Part shown: in pieces, positions 42,001-53,400 of the stretch
Layout: the number at the start of each line of letters is the position of its first letter
Position numbering within the stretch: the first letter of the stretch is position 1
NCBI RefSeq assembly: GCF_037042905.1
Contig: NC_087251.1
Span: 28,770,001 to 28,834,000 of the forward strand
Length of the DNA: 64,000 nt
Source: Lytechinus pictus
Taxonomy: Eukaryota
Direction of reading: 5' to 3'
Made by a program: the position numbers and the translations under genes
The notes under the pieces: generated by a model
Databases searched by the model: none
Told to the model about the DNA's origin: nothing
What the model saw: only the letters and a program-made list of their open reading frames with translations

Positions 42001-43823
42001 TTCGACCCCCTCGCCCCACCCGCGACATGAAAAATTGGGCAAAATTGGCCAAAATTGAGCAAAATAATATTTGTTCAATATTTCCCCCGAAACCCCCCCA
42101 AATCAGCCGTCCTTGCTTCCTGGGATGTTTTAGCATCCTAACCGATTATTACAGCGAGAATCAAGAGGATCCAGGGAGTTTGAATTTTCGACCCCCTCGC
42201 CCCACCCGCGACATGAAAAATTGGGCAAAATTGGCCAAAATTGAGCAAAATAATATTTGTTCAATATTTCCCCCGAAACCCCCCCAATCAGCCGTCTTTG
42301 CTCCCTGGGTTGTTTTAGCATCCTAACCGATTATTACAGCGAGAATCAAGAGGATCCAGGGAGTTTGAATTTTCGACCCCATTGCCCCACCCGCGACATG
42401 GAAAATTGGGCAAAATTGGCCAAAATTGAGCAAAATAATATTTGTTCAACATTTCCCCCGAAACCCCCCCAAATCAGCCGTCTTCGCTCCTTGGGATGTT
42501 TTAGCATCCTAACCGATTATTAAAGCAAGAATCAAGAGGATCCAGGGACTTTAAAATTTCGACCCCCTCGCCCCACCCGCAACGTGGAAAATTGGGCAAA
42601 ATTAGCCAAAATTGAGCAAAATAATATTTGTTCAACATTTCCCCGAAACCCCCCCCAAATCAGCCGTCTTTGCTCCCTGGGATGTTTTAGCATCCTAACA
42701 GATTATTACAGCGAGAATCAAGAGGATCCAGGGAGTTTGATTTTTCGACCCCCTCGCCCCACCCGCGACATGGAAAATTGGGCAAAATTGGCAAAAATTG
42801 AGGAAAAAAATATTTGTTCAATATTTCCCCCGAAACCCCCCCAAATCAGCCGTCTTCGTTCCCTGGGATGTTTTAGCATCCTAACCGATTATTACAGCGA
42901 GATTCAAGAGGATCCAGGGAGTTTGAATTTTCGACCCCCTCGCCCCACCCGCGACATGGAAAATTGGGCAAAATTGGCCAAAATTGAGCAAAATAATATT
43001 TGTTCAATATTTCCCCCGAAACTCCCCCAAATCAGCCGTCTTCGCTCCCTGGGATGTTTTAGCATACTAACCGATTATTACAGTGAAAATCAAGAGAATC
43101 AAGAGGATCCAGGGAGTAAGAATTTTCGACCCCCTCGCCCCACCCGCTACATGGAAAATTGAGCAAAATTGGCCAAAATTGAGCAAAATAATATTTGTTC
43201 AATATTTCCCCCTTAAACCCCCCCAAATCAGCCGTCCTTGCTTCCTGGGATGTTTTAGCATCCTAACCGATTATTACAGCGAGAATCAAGAGGATCCAGG
43301 GAGTTTGAATTTTCGACCCCCTCGCCCCACCCGCGACATGAAAAATTGGGCAAAATTGGCCAAAATTGAGCAAAATAATATTTGTTCAATATTTCCCCCG
43401 AAACCCCCCCAAATCAGCCGTCCTTGCTTCCTGGGATGTTTTAGCATCCTAACCGATTATTACAGTGAAAATCAAGAGGATCCAGGGAGTTTGAATTTTC
43501 GACCCCCTCGCCCCACCCGCGACATGAAAAATTGGGCAAAATTGGCCAAAATTGAGCAAAATAATATTTGTTCAATATTTCCCCCGAAACCCCCCCAAAT
43601 CAGCCGTCCTTGCTTCCTGGGATGTTTTAGCATCCTAACCGATTATTACAGCGAGAATCAAGAGGATCCAGGGAGTTTGAATTTTCGACCCCCTCGCCCC
43701 ACCCGCGACATGAAAAATTGGGCAAAATTGGCCAAAATTGAGCAAAATAATATTTGTTCAATATTTCCCCCGAAACCCCCCCAATCAGCCGTCTTTGCTC
43801 CCTGGGTTGTTTTAGCATCCTAA
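30980..43823. repeat. Short higher-order-repeat domain: 7-mer (1311 bp), 8-mer (1497 bp) and 9-mer (1683 bp) units
   Basis: The marker ORF MKIKRIKR...PLKPPQ starts at 31479, 32976, 34287, 35784, 37467, 38964, 40275, 41586 and 43083. Spacings are 1497, 1311, 1497, 1683, 1497, 1311, 1311, 1497. Confidence 0.9.
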
Positions 43824-46800
43824 CCGATTATTACAGCGAGAATCAAGAGGATCCAGGGAGTTTGAATTTTCGACCCCATTGCCCCACCCGCGACATGGAA
43901 AATTGGGCAAAATTGGCCAAAATTGAGCAAAATAATATTTGTTCAACATTTCCCCCGAAACCCCCCCAAATCAGCCGTCTTCGCTCCCTGGGATGTTTTA
44001 GCATCCTAACCGATTATTACAGCAAGAATCAAGAGGATCCAGAGAGTTTGAATTTTCGACCCCCTCTCCCCACCCGCGACATGGAAAATTGGGCAAAATT
44101 GTGCAAAATTGAGCAAAATAATATTTGTTCAATATTTCCCCCGAAACCCCCCCAAATCAGCCGTCCTCGCTTTCTGGGATGTTTTAGCATCCTAACCGAT
44201 TATTACAGTGAAAATCAAGAGAATCAAGAGGATCCAGGGAGTAAGAATTTTCGACCCCCTCGCCCCACCCGCGACATGGAAAATTGGGCAAAATTTGCCA
44301 AAATTGAGCAAAATAATATTTGTTCAATATTTCCCCCTAAACCCCCCCAAATCAGCCGTCCTCGCTTCCTGGGATGTTTTAGCATCCTAACCGATTATTA
44401 CAGCGAGAATCAAGAGGATCCAGGGAGTTTGAATTTTCGACCCCCTCGCCCCACCCGCGACATGAAAAATTGGGCAAAATTGGCCAAAATTGAGCAAAAT
44501 AATATTTGTTCAATATTTCCCCCGAAACCCCCCCAATCAGCCGTCTTTGGTCCCTGGGATGTTTTAGCATCCTAACCAATTATTACAGCGAGAATCAAGA
44601 GGATCCAGGGAATTTGAATTTTCGACCCCATTGCCCCACCCGCGACATGGAAAATTGGCCAAAATTGAGCAAAATAATATTTGTTCAACATTTCCCCCGA
44701 AACCCCCCCCAAATCAGCCGTCTTCGCTCCCTGGGATGTTTTCGCATCCTAATCGATTATTACAGTGAGAATCAAGAGGATCCAGGGAATTTGAATTTTC
44801 GACCCCCTCGCCCCACCGGCGACATGGAAAATTGGGCAAAATTGGCCAAAATTGAGCAAAATATTATTTGTTCAATATTTTCCCCGAAACCCCCCCAAAT
44901 CAGCCGTCTTCGCTCCCTGGAATGTTTTAGCATCCTAACCGATTATTACAGCGAGAATCATGAGGATCCAGGGAGTTTGAATTTTCGACCCCCTCGCCCC
45001 ACCCGCGACATGAAAAATTTGGCAAAATTGGCCAAAATTGAGCAAAATAATATTTGTTCAATATTTCCCCCGAAACCCCCCCCCAAATCAGCCGTCTTCG
45101 CTCCTTGGGATGTTTTAGCATCCTAACCGATTATTAAAGCAAGAATCAAGAGGATCCAGGGACTTTAAAATTTCGACCAACTCGCCCCACCCGCAACGTG
45201 GAAAATTGGGCAAAATTAGCCAAAATTGAGCAAAATAATATTTGTTCAACATTTCCCCGAAACCCCCCCCCAAATCAGCCGTCTTTGCTCCCTTGGATGT
45301 TTTAGCATCCTAACAGATTATTACAGCGAGAATCAAGAGGATCCAGGGAGTTTGATTTTTCGACCCCCTCGCCCCACCCGCGACATGGAAAATTGGGCAA
45401 AATTGGCCAAAATTGAGGAAAATAATATTTGTTCAATATTTCCCCCGAAACCCCCCCAAATCAGCCGTCTTCGCTCCCTGGGATGTTTTAGCATCCTAAC
45501 CGATTATTAGAGCAAGATTCAAGAGGATCCAGGGAGTTTGAATTTTCGACCCCCTCGCCCCACCCGCGACATGGAAAATTGGGCAAAATTGGCCAAAATT
45601 GAGCAAAATAATATTTGTTCAATATTTCCCCCGAAACCCCCCCAAATCAGCCGTCTTCGCTCCCTGGGATGTTTTAGCATACTAACCGATTATTACAGTG
45701 AAAATCAAGAGAATCAAGAGGATCCAGGGAGTAAGAATTTTCGACCCCCTCGCCCCACCCGCGACATGGAAAATTGGGCAAAATTGTGCAAAATTGAGGA
45801 AAATAATATTTGTTCAATATTTCCCCCGAAACCCCCCCAAATCAGCCGTCTTCGCTCCCTGGGATGTTTTAGCATCCTAACCGATTATTAGAGCAAGATT
45901 CAAGAGGATCCAGGGAGTTTGAATTTTCGACCCCCTCGCCCCACCCGCGACATGGAAAATTGGGCAAAATTGGCCAAAATTGAGCAAAATAATATTTGTT
46001 CAATATTTCCCCCGAAACCCCCCCAAATCAGCCGTCTTCGCTCCCTGGGATGTTTTAGCATACTAACCGATTATTACAGTGAAAATCAAGAGAATCAAGA
46101 GGATCCAGGGAGTAAGAATTTTCGACCCCCTCGCCCCACCCGCGACATGGAAAATTGGGCAAAATTGTGCAAAATTGAGCAAAATAATATTTGTTCAATA
46201 TTTCCCCCGAAACCCCCCCAAATCAGCCGTCCTCGCTTCCTGGGATGTTTTAGCATCCTAACCGATTATTACAGCGAGAATCAAGAGGATCCAGGGAGTT
46301 TGAATTTTCGACCCGCTCGCCCCACCCGCGACATGAAAAATTTGGCAAAATTGGCCAAAATTGAGCAAAATAATATTTGTTCAATATTTCCCCAGAAACC
46401 CCCCCAAATCAGCCGTCTTCGCTCCCTGGGATGTTTAAGCATCCTAACCGATTATTACAGCGAGATTCAAGAGGATCCAGGGAGTTTGAATTTTCGACCC
46501 CCTCGCCCCACCCGCGACATGGAAAATTGGGCAAAATTGGCCAAAATTGAGGAAAATAATATTTGTTAAATATTTCCCCCGAAACCCCCCAAAATCAGCC
46601 GTCTTCGCTCCCTGGGATGTTTAAGCATCTTAACCGATTATTACAGCGAGATTCAAGAGGATCCAAGGAGTTTGAATTTTCGACCCCCTCGCCCCACCCG
46701 CGACATGGAAAATTTGGCAAAATTGGCCAAAATTGAGGAAAATAATATTTGTTCAATATTTCCCCCGAAACCCCCCAAAATCAGCCGTCTTCGCTCCCTG

Positions 46801-47555
46801 GGATGTTTTAGCATCCTAACCGATTATTACAGCGAGAATCAAGAGGATCCAGGGAGTTTGAATTTTCGACCCCCTCGCCCCACCCGCGACATGGAAAATT
46901 GGGCAAAATTGGCCAAAATTGAGCAAAATAATATTTGTTCAATATTTCCCCCTAAACCCCCCCAAATCAGCCGTCTTTGCTTCCTGGGATGTTTTAGCAT
47001 CCTAACCGATTATTACAGCGAGAATCAAGAGGATCCAGGGAGTTTGAATTTTCGACCCCCTCGCCCCACCCGCGACATGAAAAATTGGGCAAAATTGGCC
47101 AAAATTGAGCAAAATAATATTTGTTCAATATTTCCCCCGAAACCCCCCCAATCAGCCGTCTTTGCTCCCTGGGTTGTTTTAGCATCCTAACCGATTATTA
47201 CAGCGAGAATTCAGAGGATCTAGGGAGTTTGAATTTTCGACCCCATTGCCCCACCCGGCGACATGGAAAATTGGGCAAAATTGGCCAAAATTGAGCAAAA
47301 TAATATTTGTTCAACATTTCCCCCGAAACCCCCCAAATCAGCCGTCTTCGCTCCCTGGGATGTTTTAGCATCCTAACAGATTATTACAGCGAGAATCAAG
47401 AGGATCCAGAGAGTTTGAATTTTCGACCCCCTCGCCCCACCCGCGACATGGAAAATTGGGCAAAATCGTGCAAAATTGAGCAAAATAATATTTGTTCAAT
47501 ATTTCCCCCGAAACCCCCCCAAATCAGCCGTCTTCGCTCCCTGGGATGTTTTAGC

Positions 47556-47559
47556 ATAC
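47556..47559 (+). other. Target-site duplication ATAC (left copy)
   Basis: ttagc-ATAC-[TGTAAC...GTGACA]-ATAC-taaccg; the uninterrupted satellite reads ttagcATACtaaccg. Confidence 0.95.
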
Positions 47560-47690
47560 TGTAACGACGACCCGGTTTGTCCTACGAGTCTCGCTATAAG
47601 AGTCTAAGTTAAATGTCGAGGATGGCCAGAGCTTAAATAATACAGTCGAAGCGAATAACAGTCATTACACAGCAAATTAAAGTTCAGTAG

Positions 47691-47696
47691 TTTATT
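47691..47696 (-). terminator. Putative polyadenylation signal in the 3' LTR (copy at 56096-56101)
   Basis: AATAAA on the element strand followed by T/GT-rich sequence (tttaatttgctgtgtaatg), about 130 nt from the LTR end. Confidence 0.6.
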
Positions 47697-48011
47697 ACTG
47701 TTCAAAACTTAATGAAGGTGCAACAGAGTATGTGATGATGACAATTAAACAAACTCCAGCGATACATGGAATATGATAACTGAGATAACGTCGAGCAATG
47801 CTGAAACAATTATAACAACTTAACTTGTGATAATTCTGAACTGAACTTAGGCTCAGACGACTAAACTGGAATACATGTAAGGCTATGCTCGGAAAAGACT
47901 CTCGAAATAAAACTAAGCCCTAAACTGAGATGCTGCTCGCTTATATACACTTTCTGGACATAGCATGAAGGTCATCCCCAGCACACAGCAAAAACCCAGA
48001 TTCAGGGAGGG

Positions 48012-48031
48012 GAGAGAGAGAGAGAGAGAGG
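48012..48031. repeat. (GA)n microsatellite in the LTR (copy at ~56417-56436)
   Basis: A gagagagaga... run about 65 nt upstream (element orientation) of the putative TATA box; same length in both LTRs. Confidence 0.85.
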
Positions 48032-48261
48032 GATAAGGTCAAGTAATAGAATAAGCACATAACGACCGATACACTGACCACAAGGTTAAACTAGTAGTTT
48101 GGACATTAGGAGTTGAGGGAGAGAAGTCTGAAGGGCAGGGCAAAGTCGAAGTGAGGAGGGAGAACGCGGAGGGAGTTACAGAACATAAATGTGTAGCCAA
48201 GGTAATAAACAAGAACACGTTTCTGAAAGTAGTCGCAAGGTTAAAGAGAACTACACAGGTT

Positions 48262-48426
48262 TGAAAGTCACTGGAAAGGGAAAAGAGAGGAGGGATGAAA
48301 GTTACTGGAAGGAGAAGTGAGGAGGGTTGAAAGTCACTGGAAAGAGAAAATGAGGAGGGTTGAAAGTCACTGGAAAGAGAAAGTGAGGAGAGTTGAAAGT
48401 CACTAGAAAGAGAAAGTGAGGAGAGT
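48262..48426. repeat. Five ~33-bp tandem repeats in LTR U3 (copy at 56667-56831)
   Basis: Units like tgaaagtcactggaaagagaaagtgaggagagt start at 48262, 48296, 48328, 48361 and 48394. Confidence 0.9.
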
Positions 48427-48755
48427 AAAACTTCTGAAAGTAGATGCAAGGTCGCAAAGAAGGGAGATGCATTGTTAGCAATTTCTGGAAGACGAAGGAA
48501 AGCCAAAGAGAATACAGAGTGGACAGACCAGAAGAGTTTGACCATGAGCAATTTACAGTATAAGAGAGGGCTTGGCTGTGTGCAGGTTACTGGGCAAGTT
48601 GAAAGTGACATTCACAATTTATCTTAGCAAGACATTCATTGCATAAATGAGTCGAATACAATTTGATATAATAAACACTAATTAAAGCATAAGAATGGAA
48701 TTATATACATAAACATAATAAGAGAATATCGGAACATCAACCAAAATGCGTGACA

Positions 48756-48768
48756 CTATTCTCCCCCC
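48756..48768 (-). promoter_or_regulatory. Polypurine tract (plus-strand primer)
   Basis: The element strand reads GGGGGGAGAATAG immediately before the TGTCA start of the 3' LTR. Confidence 0.9.
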
Positions 48769-50478
48769 ACGGAAGATATTGCTGTCCCCAGCGATGAAAT
48801 GGGAATATATTAGAGAAAGGAAAGAGCGAAAGAGAGATAGAGAGAGAAATACGAATTAAGATGGAGAGAGGGGAAAAGAGGAAGGAAAACAGCAAGAATA
48901 AAAAGAAATTGTGGGCATACATAGATCATACATAAAAGTAACTGAACATGATAACATTATAAAAACAACTATACATATACAAACAGGCGGAGTAGCAACT
49001 CTGACAATTATGTAGTATTGACAAAAATGTAGCAAGTGACAAAGAAATTGTTTTAAAAAGAGAACCAGACCCAAGAACAGGATTGGAGATGAGAAATTGG
49101 AAATTGCTTGAGTGTTAGAGAAAGGAAAAGAAATAGTGAAGAGAGAAAGGGAGAAAACGAGGAAAGGGTCTCAGTGATCTCCAATGAAGGCTAAACGCAT
49201 AAAATGACCAACATAAAACTGTTCCCCACATGAAACTAGCCACTAAAAGTATGGGAATAATATGACATGTGTGGCACTACTCAATTTCCTTCTAATCAGA
49301 AAAAAATAAAGCAGAAAACATCCATAAGCAAAACTGTGATAGGAAATCATCAAATAATCTCAAAAGTACACAAAAAGCCATTAAAACAAAATCAGTACGA
49401 CTCAAAACTGGATTATGACATAGAAATACAAAAATATATGACATTATGCAGGCAATATGCCTTTAGTTAAATCGAGCAATATATAAGAACGAAATTACTA
49501 CACAAGCAATACAAAGTTATGAACAAAATAATGGAAAGTACACATGAAACCTCAAATATAAAACTGGAAAATATGCAAAGTAATCATCAGAAAATGTATA
49601 ACTGAAATGTGCAAAAATGTTCCTGATACAAGAACCCTATAGTATTTTCTAAGCCTAGTATTCTCTTTCCTTTTGTTTTCTTCCTACTATTTACAAGCAA
49701 TACAACATTCCATATTCAAAAGGGAGAAAAGTATAGTGCGAAGATGACAGAATAGGGTGAAAAGGAAAAGGTAGACAAAGGCATGAATATTAGCAAGAGA
49801 ATTGATTAAATGATATGAGAAAGAAAACCAAAGAATGGATACTGGAGAGAGAGAGAGAGAGAGGAGAGAGTAAAGAAAAGCAGAATTTGTCCAACAACAA
49901 TTGCTTTTGCAGACCTATCAGTAACATAATAATAGCATAATGAAGTAGAAAAAAAAAAACCAATTTTTACACAGTGGCAAAAAAAAAAAAACATATTGAC
50001 ACACACAACTGACATAGTTGAAAGGAATATACAAATTATCAAGGTATGCGAGCTGTGGTTGTGATTCAAAAACCAAAAATGATGGTCTCCAATATTCCAA
50101 TCGCATGAATAGCGAACAGATAAACATATTGATGTGATCAACATAAACAAAATTTGCAAAACTATACTGATAGCAGAATAGAAATTCATTAGCACTATTA
50201 CAAAGCAACACAAAAATTAAAATAACATCCAGGTGTCATTAATTCAGAACCATTATTTGTGAATTACAGTGTTACACATTGAAGAAGAATGAAGCAGGGG
50301 TGAGTAATGAAAGAACAAGAAAAAGGATGAAAGTCGTGAGTGGAGTAGACTGTAAAAAAGGAAACAAGTGTAGATCGGGGAGAGAATAAGAGAGAGGGAG
50401 AGAGACAGAAAAAGAACAGAAAACTTCATACAATGACACTTCCAAATCTACATAACCTATGGTACACATTTTCATGTT
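48769..50478 (-). other. Long (~1.7 kb) AT-rich, apparently non-coding region between the pol stop and the PPT
   Basis: T-rich on the element strand. It contains only short low-complexity ORFs (<=135 aa) and no env-sized ORF. Confidence 0.8.
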
Positions 50479-53400
50479 CTAGTGTCCAAACTTGTCAATA
50501 ACTGCTCGTCTTCTATCCGATCGACGAGGGATAAAAGTGTCTTTTACTCTAGTCTGCGTGCCAGTAGAAGCAGTGTTTGAAAGAGTTATATTATTCCTAA
50601 CCTTATCCGCGTGTTCTTTTACCCATTTTGGGATGTCGGTGCTTCGAAAGGGTTTGAGACGATCATGGTGAAGGATTTTAAGTTTACCCTTCTGTTGAGA
50701 TTTGATTTCGAACACCAAATCACTCAGTTTTCTTGTTACAATACATGGTCCAATCCAAAAAGCAGACTTTAACTTAGGGGAAAGTCCTTTCTGTTTTGTG
50801 GTGTCTAGATAGTAGACTAAGTCCCCTGGCTTGTAGGTGTTCACTGATAGCCTAGAATCATAGTCCTTCTTCTGTCTCTGGGTTTGTGAGGACAGATGCT
50901 CACGAGCTATATTGTATGCATCCTTCATAGTAGAAACGATATTGGAGGCAAACTTGTCATAGTCATAGTTATTGATGTCGGGCTGGTCCACACCGAGGGA
51001 AATTTCAATTGGGGTTCTAACCTCACGCCCCAACATAAGAAAATTTGGCGAAAATCCAGTTGTCTCATGAACGGTGCTACGGTAGGCGGCCGTCAAGAGC
51101 GATAAGTTCATGTCCCATTCCTCTTGTTTCTTATCGACAAAAGCAGATATCATATTGACAAGTGTTTGATTGAATCTTTCAATCATTCCATTAGATGATG
51201 GATGGTATGGAGTCGTCCTTGTTTTGGTTATTTCCAGCAATTTACAAACATGTTGGAAAAGATGAGATTCAAAAGTCTTTCCTTGGTCCGAATGTATTTC
51301 CAAAGGTATGCCCCATCTAGCAATGAATTCATTGACAACGATGTTGGCGACAGTACGGGCAGTTTGATCAGGGATTCCATAGGCCTCGATCCATTTAGTA
51401 AAGGTATCTCCCACTACCAAAACATAACGGTTGCCTTGGTTACTGACAGGAAATGGTCCCATGATATCGAGAGCGATGCGATCCATAGGAAATCCAGAGT
51501 TATATTCGCCCAGAGGGGCCTTCGGTTTGGAAGTTGGACGCTTTCGGGCACCACATTTCACACAATTTCCGATGTACAGTTTTACAGAGTCCCTCATCCC
51601 CATCCAGTAAAATTTTTGCTGAATCCTACTGAATGTTTTCTTCACTCCGAGATGCCCCGATAGAACAGACTTATGGTTTGATTCTAAGATGCGATCGCGG
51701 AGTGCGAATGGGACGACGACTTGTTTGGTTGTTGTTAGTTTATTATTAGTCATATGCCGTTTGTATAAGACACCGTCAGTTAATTCAAGCTGTGCCCATG
51801 AGAGCCATAGGTTCCTTACAATTGGGCTCTTACCATGAACTAATGCTCGATTTGGTCTTTCTTGAGATTCTGAAATCCAATTATAGACGATACCGACGTC
51901 GGGATCATCTCGTTGCATTGTCATTAACGTCTCTCGGTCAAAGTCATTACGTATAACATCCTGCTGCCCAGAGTTCTCTCCAGCTAAGGCACCTGTTTCC
52001 GAGGCGCAGGGCAGGCTATCATTTGTTCTGACGTTTAACGAAGAATGTTTATTTCTCGACTTCCTTCTCGATTTCATATTCCTTACTACTGAAACTCTAA
52101 TTGGGGATGGCCAATTCCCTCTCCACATACTACTAAATACATCTCTCATGTAGCGTAATCCTCTAAACTCCAAAACAGCAACATACACGATAAACTCTAA
52201 AATCATCTTCGGAAGTCTACAAAATATCCTTGCAACGAGCTCGACTACGACCAGCATCATGACGACGATATCATACAGTCGACTCGAACGACTGGGTATC
52301 TCTTCTGGTTTCGATGACGGCGTTTGGGTGCTAATGTCATTAATTGGTTTCACGCATGTCCTCTGTACTTTCATGGCACTGATAGGAACGACATCGTCAT
52401 CCTCGTCGAAGAATTTCGACCAGGCCTTATGCCGCTTGGCACATGTTGTACACCCGCCACATGGTAATTGTTCAATGATAGAATCCCTGTCATAACAGTC
52501 ACATGATTCAGGATCGCATGGAATTCTCGACATCGCATCAGCATTGCCATGATTCCTGCCAACGCGATGCTCGATGTCGAAGTCGAATTGGCTAAGGATC
52601 TCGATCCATCGGGCAAGTTGATCTGTGGGTTCTCTAAATGACATAATCCATCTGAGGGAAGAATGATCAGTTCTAATTAAAAATTTCTTCCCTAGTAGGT
52701 AGTGTCGAAAATGCCGAACAAATGAGACGATTGCCAGCAATTCACGTCTTGTAGTGCAATATCGGCGTTGGGTTCTTGTTAATGTCCGGCTAGCGAAGGC
52801 GACTGGTCTCTCAATTTCCTTCTGAGTGACGTCATCCCACTGGAGTTGAGATAGGACTGCGCCTATTCCTGATGAAGATGCATCTGCATCAAGAATGAAC
52901 ATGCCATGGTCGTCGGGGTAGGCCATGACGTTGTCACTTAGCAATGCATCTTTTAATTGTTCGAATGATGATTGGCAGATGTCATCCCACACAAATTTAG
53001 AGGACTTTTCTAGTAGTTTATTCATGGGGGATGCGATCGATGAGAAGCCGCGAATGAATCGGCGATAGTATGAACACAAACCAAGAAATGAACGGACATC
53101 ACCTATCGACGTCGGCGTCGGCCAGTCGCGAACCTTGGCAACCTTCTCAGGGTCAGGCCTAATCCCCGATGCACTGATTATGTGTCCTAAATATGATACC
53201 TGGGTCTGGAAAAGGTGACATTTACTTGGTTTTAGCTTCAGGCCAGCTTCTCCCAAGCGTCCAAGTACCTCGTCGAGACGGGTGATGTGCTCCTCAATGG
53301 TTGAGCTCATTATAATGATGTCATCAAGATATAAGACCAATGTTCGCCACTGCAGACCTTTCATGATCAATTCCATTGCACGCTCAAAAGTGCTGGGTGC

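Larger units (their letters stand above)
1..47559. repeat. Tandem satellite array, ~186-bp monomer (left arm, roughly 250 monomers), head-to-tail in one orientation
   Basis: The unit tgttttagcatcctaaccgattattacagcgagaatcaagaggatccagggagtttgaattttcgaccccctcgccccacccgcgacatggaaaattgggcaaaattggccaaaattgagcaaaataatatttgttcaatatttcccccgaaacccccccaaatcagccgtcttcgctccctggga recurs continuously, with almost always one GGATCC per unit. The ORF track shows a 62-aa period (186 nt). Length variants of about 176, 185, 187, 195 and 196 bp occur. Confidence 0.99.
47560..48755 (-). repeat. 3' LTR (1196 bp)
   Basis: The plus strand reads tgtaacgacg...atgcgtgaca. It is a direct repeat of 55965-57160 (offset 8405) and is adjacent to the PPT. 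Confidence 0.97.

Noticed and set aside
1..47559. Dozens of 60-474 aa ORFs with 62-aa repeats (MENWAKLAKIEQNNICS...)
   Set aside because: The monomer is 186 bp (a multiple of 3) and happens to lack stops in one frame. ORFs are broken at random by poly-C and 10-bp indels, many start at TTG/GTG, and no domain is recognisable.
48039..48611. 190-aa ORF inside each LTR (also 56444-57016)
   Set aside because: It is a Ser/Leu/Phe-rich low-complexity translation of the pyrimidine-rich strand and the 33-bp repeats. It lies upstream of the putative TATA box and has no recognisable domain.
49806..50475. Short hydrophobic ORFs as a possible env
   Set aside because: They are 135 aa or less, their hydrophobicity is explained by T-richness, and there is no signal peptide/furin site/TM organisation.
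50479..50650. Chromodomain at the integrase C-terminus (chromovirus)
   Set aside because: There is no chromodomain pattern after the GPY/F module; only ~50 low-complexity and basic residues remain.
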